From positions 220,598,001 through 220,662,000 of the forward strand of contig NC_058368.1 of the NCBI RefSeq assembly GCF_018350175.1: a stretch of 64,000 nt of DNA. The letters are read 5' to 3'. Below the pieces are notes generated by a model. It did not search any database and was not told the origin of the DNA. It was given only the letters and a program-made list of their open reading frames with translations. This document shows positions 51,088 through 61,596 of the stretch, piece by piece; the stretch's first letter is position 1, and each line of letters begins with the position of its first letter. The stretch is from Felis catus. Lineage: Eukaryota. The position numbers and the translations under genes are program-made.

Positions 51088-54000
51088 ATAGAGCACAATC
51101 TTCTAGTTTTTAACCATTGAGTATGATGTTAGCTATGGGCTTTTCATATAGAACCTTTATTATGTTGATATACTTTTCTTTTATTCCTAGTTTTTTGAGA
51201 ACTTTTATCATAAATCCCACTCTTTCACTGTTATTCAACATAATACTGGAAGAGCCAGCCATAGAATTTAGACAAGAAAAATAAATAAAAGCCATCAAAA
51301 TTAGAAAGGAAGAAGTAAAATTGTATGCAGACAACATAACGTATATAGAAAATCCTAAAGATTCCATTAAAAAAGCTGTTTGAAGTAAACAAATTCAGTA
51401 AAGTTACTCTTACAATAGGAACATACAAAAATCAGATATGTTTCTTTTTTTAATTGTATTTACTTTTTTATGTATTTAAATTCAAGTTAGTTAACATACA
51501 GAGTAGTAGTGTTTTCAGGAGTAGAACCCAATGATTCATCTCTTACATATGACACCCAGTACTCATCCCAAAAAGTGCCCTCCTTAACGTGCATCACCCA
51601 TTTACCCCACTCACCTCCTCTCCAGCAACCCTCAGTTTGTTCTCTGTATTTAAAAGTTCTTATGGTTTGCCTCCCTCTCTTTTTATTTTATTTTCCTTCC
51701 CTTCCCCTATGTTCATCTGTTATGTTTCTTAAATTCCACATATGAGTGAAATCATATGATATGTGTCTTTCCCTGACTGACTTATTTTGCTTAGCAGAAT
51801 ACACCCAAGTTTTATCCATGTTGTTGCAAATGGCAATATTTCATTCTTTTTTTGCTGAGTAATATCCCATTATGTATTTCACGTCATCTTTATCCATTCA
51901 TCAGTCAATGGACAGTCGGTCTCTTTCCATAATTTGGCTGCTGTTGATAACACTGCTATAAACATTGGAGGGCATATGTCCCTTTGAATCAACATTTTTG
52001 AATTCTTTGGATAAATACCTAGTAGTGCAATTGCTGGGTCATAGGATAGTTCTGTTTTTAATTTTTTGTGGAACCTCTATATTCTTTTCCAGAGTGGCTT
52101 CACCAGTTTGCATTCCCATCAACAGTGCAAAAGTGTCTCCATTTCTCTGTATCCTTAGCAACATCTGATGTTTTCTGAGTTGCTCATTTTAGCCATTCTA
52201 GCAGGTGTGAGTTTGTATCTCATTGTGCTTTTGATTTGTATTTGATTTGTATGGGCAGAAGACATGAATAGACATTTTTCCAAAGAAGACAATCAGATTA
52301 CTAACAGACATAAGTATGTTTCTATACACTAACAACAAAGTCTCTGAAAGATTAATTATAAAAAAAAATCCATTAAAAGCTGTGCCCAAAGAGTAAAATA
52401 TTTAGGAATAAAATTATCTAAGGAGGTTAAAGAATATTACACTGAAAACATGCAAAACAACAATGAGAGAAATTAAAGACACAAACAAATGGAAAGGTAT
52501 TTTGTATTTATGGATTAGAAGACTTATGGATTGTTAAATATGTCCATACAACCCAAAGCAATGTATAGATTCATGCAACCTCTTTCAAAATCCCAATGCC
52601 TTTTTATACGAATTTTTTTAATTCTAAAATTTATATGGAATCACAAATGACTACAAATAGCCAAATCATCTTGAGAAAGAAGAACAAAGTTGGAGACATT
52701 ATATTTTCTGATTTCAAATATATTACCAAATTGCAGTAATAAAATTAGTATGGTAATGGCATAAAGATAGGTATCTCGACCAGAAGAATGCAATAGAGAA
52801 ACCCAAAATAAATGCAAGCATGCAATCAACTGATCTTTAACAAGAGAACCAATGATGAAGAATGGGGTAAGGATAGTCTCTTCAACAAATGGTGGTGGAA
52901 TAATTGGATATCCACAGGCAAAGAATAAAATTGGACTCTTATCTTAGGCCCTACACTAAAATCAACTAAAAAAAAAAAAATGAAGACATAAACATAAGGC
53001 CTGTAACTGTAAGACTTCTAGAAAAATACATAGAAGAAAAGCTTCATGACATTGGTTTTTGACAATGATTTCTTGGATATGACACCGAAAACACAGGCAA
53101 AAAAAAAAAAAAATTAGAAATGGGCAAATGAGACTATATCAAACTAAAAAACAAACAAACAAAAATACACAATGAAGGAAACAACTAACAAGTGAAAGAC
53201 ACACCTACAGAATGGGAGAAAATATTTGCAAACCATATATATGAAAATGGATTCATCTCAAAAGAGGAATTCCTACAGCTCAATATCAAAAATAATAATA
53301 CTAATAATAACTTGATTATAAAATGACCAAAGACTTGAACAGACATTTCTCCAAAGAACACATGCAAATGGCCAACAGGTATGTGAAAAGATGTTCAGTA
53401 TCACTACTCATTAGAGAAATGCAAATTAAAACTACAATGAACTGTCATCTCACACCTGTTAGAATGTCTATTATCAAAAAGACGAGACATAACAAATGGA
53501 AATGGTGCAGCAGCTACGTAAAACAGTGTGAAGATTCCACACACACAAAATTAAAAACATATCTCTCATATGGTCTAGCAATCTTACTTCTGGGTATGTT
53601 TCCAAAAGAATTAAAATCAGGATCTCAAAGAGATAATACCACATGCTTGTTCATTGCAGCATTATTCACAATAGGCAAGATGTGGAAACAACCTAAATGT
53701 GCATCAATTGATGAATATATAAACAAAATGCGGTATATATTTGTAATGAACTATTATTCAGCCTTTAAGAAGGGGGCAATTCTGTAATATGCAATAGTAT
53801 GGAGGGACCTTGAGGACATTATGCTAAATGAATTAAGCCTCTCTCGGACAGAAAAATACTACATGATTCCACTTACATAAGGTATCTAAAATAGTCAAAT
53901 TCGTAGAAGCAAGAGTTGGATATTGATTGTTTGGGGCTTGGGGATAGGGAAATGGGAGTTACTAATCAATAGGCATAAAGTTTAAGTAATACAAGATGAG

Positions 54001-54135
54001 TAGGTTCTAGAGATCTACTGCATGACATCACACCTGTGACTTCAGTACTGCATTCTGCACTTACAAATCTGTTAAAAGGATTGATCTCATGCTTATTCTT
54101 ACCATAAAATTTTAACAATTAAAAATTTAAAAAAT
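51088..54135 (+). mobile_element. Old 5'-truncated L1 with 5' inversion (51088-51214 minus; rest plus), ORF2 RT to 3' UTR
   Basis: Minus FMIKVLKKLGIKEKYINIIKVLYEKPIANIILNG; plus LLFNIILE, YADN; C-terminal fossil ORF 53323-53787 ([24 protein letters not shown]). Confidence 0.92.
51446..52314 (-). mobile_element. Younger carnivore L1 3' end nested in old L1, with own short 5' inversion (~52251-52311 plus)
   Basis: Poly-T start, reverse 3' UTR ACACCCAGTACTCATCCCAA; TSD TATGTTTCT at 51437 and 52315. Confidence 0.9.
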
Positions 54136-54564
54136 AGAATGAAAGCATGTATGAATGAAGCATTCAAAGTTTAATATGTATCCACTGAGATTTAAAAGGC
54201 TAAAAGGCAAAGTAGTGGACGATAGCTTAGACAAAGACTTATAGTTGTATGGAGAGTTGTATTGTATATGTCAGTGGTCTTAAAACTTGGGATGAAAACA
54301 TTCTCACATAAGTGTGGACACACATACTTTTAAAGGAACCGATATTTAGACCTTTTCATCCACATGTACTTTTATAATATTGATTTGTATGTGAAATCAT
54401 GACTCCCAGAAGAAAATAACCAGTGCTTTACCAGAGTGCTAATAACTGATGTCAGTAAGACTTATTTTAATAGAAGTACAAAGTCCCCACATCCATTATA
54501 CTAAGAATTACAGTAATACACTTTCACATTTACTAATTATTTGCCAATATTTATAATGTGAAAA

Positions 54565-54748
54565 ATTTTTTAATTTATTTTGAAAGAGAGAGAGGAGGGG
54601 CAGAGAAAGAGGGAGAGAGAGAATCCCAAGTGGCTCTGTGCTGTCGTGCAAAGCCCAACACAGGGCTCAAACTCATAAACTGTGAGACCAGACCTGAGCT
54701 GAAAACAAGAGTATAGACACTTAACCGACTGAGCCACCCAGACGTCCC
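54565..54748 (-). mobile_element. Can-SINE
   Basis: Reverse SINE; TATAATGT on both sides. Confidence 0.9.
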
Positions 54749-54834
54749 TATAATGTTAAACATTTTTTTAATTATGTACTATTCATAATAGTAATGAAAA
54801 TTTAATGAATAAACATTTTAAATACTTAAATATT

Positions 54835-55150
54835 TCTAGAAATAAAAATACAAAACTCGAAACTAAGATCTCAGTGGAATAAATAGAGATAAGAGAGGAT
54901 TAGTGAATTGGAAAGAAATGAGAAGGAAATAATGGACAGGAACTATGTAAGAGAGGACAAAAACCATAGGGGATATAATGAAAAATTTAAGATTTCTAAT
55001 GAAAACTGAAGGATGAAAGATAATGAGGGAGAATCAATGTTTAAGAATTTTCTAAAATTGATGAAAGATATCATAATACAGATACAAGACCTATCATGAA
55101 CCCCAGACAGGGTTAAATGAAAGAAACCACAGCAGTTCAAAACCAGAATC
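54835..55150 (+). mobile_element. Ancient L1M ORF1 fragment
   Basis: GAGGATTAGTGAATTGGAA..AAGAATTTTCTAAAATTGATGAAAGA..CAGATACAAGA..GAACCCCAGACAGG. Confidence 0.6.
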
Positions 55151-55461
55151 CAGAAGGCAGAAGATTATATTAAAAAAATAAAAAAACAAACAAACAAACA
55201 AAAAAACATACTTAATCCTATTTTAAGAACTTTAGTTTTATTTCACTAATTCTAGCCTTGTATCTCTTTATTTTTATTTATGTAAGAGGTAATCTGAATC
55301 AGAGAAAGCACAATCTGGAGATTGTCTAAAGTCCACAGAAAAACCCTTACAGTTCAAGAATTAGGGAACAAGATAGAGTTCTTAGATGCATGTTATCGAC
55401 TTAATATCTCAAACATTTTTTCTTTCATGTAATAGATTTTTTTAAAAAAATATTTCTTAAT

Positions 55462-55696
55462 GGGCGCCTGGGTGGCTTGGTCAGTTGAGCGACGGACTTT
55501 GGCTCAGGTCATGATCTCACGGTTTGTGAGTTCGAGCCCTGTGTCAGGCTCTGTGCTGACAGCTCAGAGCCTGGAGCCTGCTTCAGATTCTGTGTCCCCC
55601 TCTCTCTCCACCCCACCCCTGCTTGTGCTCTGTCTCTCTCTCTGTCTTTCAAAAATGAAGAAATATAAAAAAAAAAATTAAATTAAAAAAATTAAA
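55462..55696 (+). mobile_element. Can-SINE
   Basis: Full element. Confidence 0.95.
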
Positions 55697-55698
55697 TA

Positions 55699-55908
55699 TT
55701 TTTTTTTTCAACGTTTATTTATTTTTGGGACAGAGAGAGACAGAGCATGAATGGGGGAGGGGCAGAGAGAGAGGGAGACAGAATCGGAAACAGGCTCCAG
55801 GCTCTGAGCCTTCGGCACAGAGCCTGACGTGGGGTCGAACTCACAGACCGCGAGATCGTGACCTGGCTGAAGTCGGACGCTTAACCGACTGCTCCACCCA
55901 GGCGCCCC
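55699..55908 (-). mobile_element. Young felid SINEC_Fc
   Basis: GACCTGGCTGAAGTCGGACGCTTAACCGACTG..CCAGGCGCCCC. Confidence 0.95.
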
Positions 55909-56322
55909 GGGAAGAAAAATATTAATATAGTACCAAATAAATCTTATTATAGTGTATTCCAAATTCAATGGTATGAAATTTCATTTCATTTTGTATACAG
56001 TTTCTTTGACTTCCAATGTCTAATTTTTATCTGCATAGAAGCAATCTGTTTTATATGCACAGCCACAACACCACTCATTTTCTGAAGAAATATGGCAATT
56101 CACTATTTTAAATTTCTATCTTTCTACCTATTTTTCTCCTTTGTGATCTATATCTTTCTTTGTATATTACTAATGATAGGTTTAGTGACAATAGAAGTCA
56201 CACACATATCTAAGATCCCTATCCCCTACTATAAGAAAAATAACTAGGAGGAGGCCAGGTTCCTATATGGTTTTCAGCTGGTACCAAAAACTGAAGAAGT
56301 CAATTAGAAGTGAACTTCTACA

Positions 56323-56510
56323 GGGACACCGTGGTGACTCAGTGGGTTAAGTGTCAGACTCTTGATCTTGGCTCAGATCATGGTGTCATGGATGTGAGAT
56401 GGAGCCCCGTATCTGGCTCTGCACTGGGAGAGTCTGCTTGGGATTCTCTCTCTCTCCTTCTCTCTCTGTCCCTTCTCCCCCTCCCCCTTTCTCTCTCAGA
56501 ATAAATAAGT

Positions 56511-56558
<48 letters not shown>
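56323..56558 (+). mobile_element. Older Can-SINE followed by (TA)n (56514-56558)
   Basis: GTGGTGACTCAGTGGGTTAAG head, CT tract, AATAAATAA. Confidence 0.88.
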
Positions 56559-56564
<6 letters not shown>

Positions 56565-56789
56565 CTACAGTTATGTGTATAAATATTATAGGACTACCAT
56601 GTAAGTGTTACACTTTATTTATATATTACATATTATGAATATCAAAAAGTGAAGCACATTTGTAACCTGGTATTATAATACCTAGGGTGGAGTGAATATT
56701 AATGCCATCACATATAAAATTGACACCAATCTCCTTGTCACTCTATAAGTCTTCAAGATGTCAGCTACAATTACATGTTTGTGTCAATT

Positions 56790-57506
56790 TAATGGAACTG
56801 ACCAGCTTTGGAGTGGTGGAAGTATGGAGCTGATGACCTGGAAAGAATTCTTGAGACATCTTTGGTGCAAAAAGGTGATTTTATTAAAGCAGGGAGACAG
56901 GACCTGTGGGCAGAAAGAGCTGTACTGGGATTGTGAAGAGTGACTGGTTATATACTATGGAGTTGGGGGAGTTAAGGAAAAAGGGAAGCCTCCAGAAGGA
57001 CTTTCATATGCTAAAGAGGACTCAAAAGATATAAGAGTCCTTGCTATTGTTAAGCGAAGGTTGGTTTCCCTCTAGTAAGGCACTACAATTAAGACAGTAG
57101 GGAGTTCTTGGAGAAATGTTATACTCTGCCTATCACAAGTATTTGTCAATGGGCTACAGGTTATAAGGAAATTTAATTTTACCTACCATTTCCTTCTTGC
57201 CTTTGTTCCCCATATCACTATGGAGGGAAGGGTGATGTTGGGGCTCCAGGGAATTCAGTCTATAGGTTTTTGGAGTTTAGTCTATTGATAAGATTGCCTT
57301 TTTCTTATAGTTTACTGAGACATTTGTGAACTGACAGGGACTCATGTCCTGAGGGGCTGTGATCTTATCAGTTAACCAGGTGTTTTATCCTTCTCTTGTC
57401 TTTAGGGCAGGCAAGAGTGCCTGAGGAATGTCACACATACCCTACCTGGGCAGGAGAGATGTCTGCTAACTTGTGCTTTGCCTTCATTGTGCCTTAGGCT
57501 CCCTCA
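56790..57506 (-). mobile_element. Solo ERV1-class LTR related to the one at 32652-33220
   Basis: GAAAGAATTCTTGAGACATCTTTGGTGCAAAAAGGTGATTTTATT is near-identical to the reverse complement of 33138-33183; ends CCCTCA. Confidence 0.85.
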
Positions 57507-57886
57507 TTAGAACTATAATGGAGAAGATACTCTTACTGTTTTTGAACATTTTATTCTTTCTATTTTGGACAGGAAACAAGAAAATTTGATATCAGAGGGA
57601 CAACAGGTAAATTTCAATCATATTATTCAGAAAAATGGAATTTGTAAATGTAATAAGATGTTGATCATCAGCTGACACCAAAACAATGCCACATTGTTTT
57701 AATATAAAGACTGTCTGTTGGAGTAGTGAATAACTCAAAGACCATTCATCCTACGGGAGAAAATGATTGCAAAGTAAGAAAGGATAGAATTTGTCTGGAA
57801 TCCTATGGACCAATAACCAGGGTTGAGTTTTGTGGCTGTTTGTAGCTCCATCTGTCTGTCCATAGTGTCTAGATTCAAATATCATC

Positions 57887-58247
57887 TGTTATGAACTCAA
57901 TTGTGTCCCTCCATAAATTCGCATATTAAAACCCTATCTCCCAATCTGACTGACTATATCTGGAGATAGGGCTTTTATGAAGGTAATTAAGGTTAAGTGA
58001 GGTCCTAAGGGTCTGGACCTAATCCCATAATATTGAGTCCTTATTGGAAGAACAGAAAGCATCTCTTAGACATTCACAAAGAAAAGGTCAGGTGAGAACA
58101 CAGAGAGAAAGCAGCTCTATTTTTCAGGAGGGGTCTCCCTAGACATCAACCCCAACTATACCTTGATCTTGTATTTCTAGCTTCCAAAACTATAAGAAAA
58201 TAAAATTTTATTGCTTAAACCATCCAAGCTGTGATATTTTGTTACAG
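57887..58247 (+). mobile_element. MLT1A-type MaLR LTR
   Basis: TGTTATGAACTCAATTGTGTCCC..GGTAATTAAGGTTAAGTGAGGTC..GATATTTTGTTACAG. Confidence 0.88.
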
Positions 58248-58552
58248 TTGTTGTGATGTTTTGATATAATACATATTCAAATATATGTTAATACATATCA
58301 ATATATATGTCTTTAACCCCAGGTCCTGGCACAGAGCTCCTGCAACCATTGTGATAAGGGTGGTAGGAGCATCTTATATTATTATATTTAAATTTTTATC
58401 ATTTCGTGACAAAGGATTTCTAAAACCTTGGAACTTCCCAGGTGATAGAGGTGATGGGAGTGTTTTATTGTTCATAATGTGCCTTTTTTGATCCTACCTA
58501 AATGTATGGTAATGAGGCAACTTGAGGGTGAGACCCCTAAATAGCCTCAGAT
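58248..58552 (+). mobile_element. MER21-like LTR 5' fragment
   Basis: CCCCAGGTCCTGGCACAGAGCTCCT..TAAAACCTTGGAACTTCC..GTGATA. Confidence 0.65.
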
Positions 58553-58784
58553 ATATTTAAGCTTTTAAAACTATTGTCATTTGAAATATTTATGCCTTTC
58601 TTGGATGCATGCTGTATACTCTCTTGCATAGTGCATATGACACTTGACAAAATTAAAATTTGTGTATGAAACACACTGATTTAACTTTTGAGAAATGGTT
58701 TCATATTTACTGCCTCATTTTTCTTACCAGCTTTCCTTTGTAAGAAACCACCACCCCAAATTTCTTAGGCCATTGAAATTGTAG

Positions 58785-59003
58785 TCCCAGAGTAACACAC
58801 ATCAGAATTCCAGCGGGTATATCTTAAAACAAATCCAATTTCTGGCTTGCTATCCTCCTCAGATATATTGAATCAATTTTTAGAAGGATGGTATAATTTA
58901 TCATATTTTAAATAAGCATGGCCCTAAAACAATAATCAATCAATCAAATCAATCAATCAGCATTGCCTGTGATACTTTTGCTCAATGAAATTTGAGAACC
59001 ACT
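58785..59003. mobile_element. MER5A-like hAT-Charlie fragment
   Basis: CATCAGAAT.. and terminal TTTGAGAACCACT. Confidence 0.6.
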
Positions 59004-59057
59004 TATATGGACGTCTCCCTGGAGCACGAGGAACAATTTGCTTAATAGCTCAAAAGT

Positions 59058-59375
59058 GTCTTATTCCATTCAGGCTCCTGTGACAACAGACATGCATTCC
59101 TCAGTTCTGACAGCTGTAAGTACAAGATCCATGTACCAACATGGTTGCATCTGCCAAGGGCCCTCTTCCTGGTTCATAGCTGGCACTTTCCTCGCATGGT
59201 GAAAGGGGCAATGGATCTCTCTGGAGCTTCTTCATGAGGGCATTAATCCCATTCATGAGGCATTTATGACCTAGTCACCTCCCAAAAGGCCCCACCGCCT
59301 AAAACCATCAACTCTGGAGGTTAGGATTTCAACATATGCATTTTGGGAGGACAGAAACATTCAGACTATATAGCA
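59058..59375 (-). mobile_element. MLT1A-type MaLR LTR
   Basis: GGCATTAATCCCATTCATGAGG..GTTAGGATTTCAACATATG..AACATTCAGACTATATAGCA. Confidence 0.88.
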
Positions 59376-59974
59376 AAATTAAACCTTTTCAATATAGTAT
59401 TGAACTCATAATTTTTGTCCTACTTACTGCTTTTCCGGAACATTTAAAAACTGTATAATCACTGGCATTAAGTTTGCAATTAATGACACATTTTTAAACT
59501 TTTTTTAATATGGGAGATTTCAAATACAGTGAGTTGAGTTAACAAAAATATTAAATTGAAAATAAATTTAGTAGCATTTTTTTATATAATATTCACATAC
59601 TGAGCTTATTCACATTTCCCTCAGAGTTCACCTGACATCAAGCGTCCCAGCGCTTTTAATCAGGGTTCGATTGTGCTTGGGAAAGGTATGTGGCTGAGAT
59701 ACTTCTGCCTTTACCAAAGAAGGCTTAATACTTTAAACAAAAGAGTATCATGAGAGTTAGGGTCAAGAGCAGGAAGCACAGAAGCCAAGCAGAAAGCACA
59801 AACGTAAGCAGTATTTTTCACAGCTCTCTGTGTTGCTGGGGAAGCAAACATGTGGTCCAATTCTATAAAAGCGAAGTGGTCCTGGTAGATAAACTAAATA
59901 GACTTTGAAAGAAATGATTCAAGTTTGATTATATATCCTAATGGGAGAACAAATAAATAATTAATAACTAAATA

Positions 59975-60715
59975 CTGATCTCTCCTTAAAGCCAAAAAAA
60001 AAAAAAAAAAAAGGCAGATTTTTAGACCTAAGTGCAAAAGCTAAACAATTAAGCTTCTATCATATAACATAGACTATTTTTATAAACTTGGAGCAGAGTA
60101 GACAAAGACTTATTATAAAATGGCACATAATATGCATAGAGGAATAAAGAATAGATTAATAAATTAGACTTATTATATACAGAATGTACATAGATCTCCT
60201 TCAAACATGTAAGAAAAAGGTAGATGATGCCATTGGAAATAAGCCAAAGAATTGAACATACCTTTCATCAAATAAGAGATGCAAATATCCAGGGCATTTC
60301 AGTGGTTCAGTTTCTTGAGGAAAGTACATGACTTTGCCTCAGGCCATGATCCCAGGGTCATGGGATTGAGCGCTGAGTTGGGCTCTGTGCCTCTGAGCAT
60401 GGAGCCTGCTTAAGATTCTTTCTCTTCCTCTCTCCCTCTATACCTCTTCCCCACTCGCACACGCTCTCTCTCCAAAATAAAAATAAATAAATAATATTTT
60501 TAAAAGAAAGGTCCAAATAGCCAATGTGAATTGCTCAAAAGCATTAGGCATCAGGGAAATGCAAATTCAAACTCAAACAAAATATGACTGCACAACCACT
60601 AGAATGATAAAAATTGAAAAAAATAGCAAGTGAGGAGAAATCTGAACTCTCATAGATTGCTGGTGGAAGTAAATATTGTTACAATTTTGTAAAATATGTT
60701 GGCAGTATTTTGTGC
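59975..60715 (+). mobile_element. Ancient L1M ORF2 3' fragments with a Can-SINE at 60292-60495
   Basis: CATCAGGGAAATGCAAATT, TTGCTGGTGGAAGT; SINE body GGAGCCTGCTTAAGATTC. Confidence 0.7.
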
Positions 60716-61596
60716 ACTTGTTAGTATCCATTTCATGTTTTGATGATAAACAAATACTTTGAGAAAAAGGAATAAATAATATTTCCTAACTTTTAAAGCA
60801 ATCTTGTCTCAACTAACCACTTCTTAAACCACTGAGGAATTTCATTTTCCTCCTAATGATACTTGTTCCCAGATTTTTCAGGTTGAAATTATGTGATATC
60901 ACTCCCCCAGTTCTGCTTGACTTTTCTAAGATCTTTTTATTTCTAACTCTCATCACACATATCTAGTAAGTGTGCTCCTCTAACTAGATAAAATTAGACT
61001 CTGAACATTCTTGATCTTTAAATTACATCTTATTACTTTACCTCATGTATCGAGTGTACTATGATCTGGACTTTTCCACACTGTCTACATTCAAACCTCA
61101 AAACCAGTCAAGAACAGTCTTCTCTCTTTGTCATGGTGAAGGGACTCTGAGTTTTTCCATTTAAACTTCCCCCAAAGTGATAACATGGTATATTGGAAGG
61201 AATATCAACAGACCAGCATATAGTAATATGAAACTCCTCTGATACAAATAATAGAATCTAATCCTAAAGTCAAGTGTAACCAGTCTAATGAAAAGGGCCA
61301 GGCAAAAATATTTCATGTCTGTGAACAAATTATAAAGTGTGTGGATCCAAAGATCTCTTGGATATGAGCAGGTATGTTAACATTTAAAGCTTCAAGACAA
61401 CCAACTAGCTTAATCTCTTCTTCATTCAAATGGAAAGATAACTTGCTCTTTCTGCCTTGAGTATGTTTATGGACGGTAAATTCTTTTTCAATTACATCAT
61501 TATCAAGAAAGTTTTTCTATTGGAGAAAGAGGGGTGGAGAGAGAGTATCATTGCATCCTGGTAGAAACTGAGAAAGTGAAGGGCCTTTATCAAAAA

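Noticed and set aside
53323..53787. 154 aa ORF
   Set aside because: Decayed L1 ORF2 C-terminus, not a host gene
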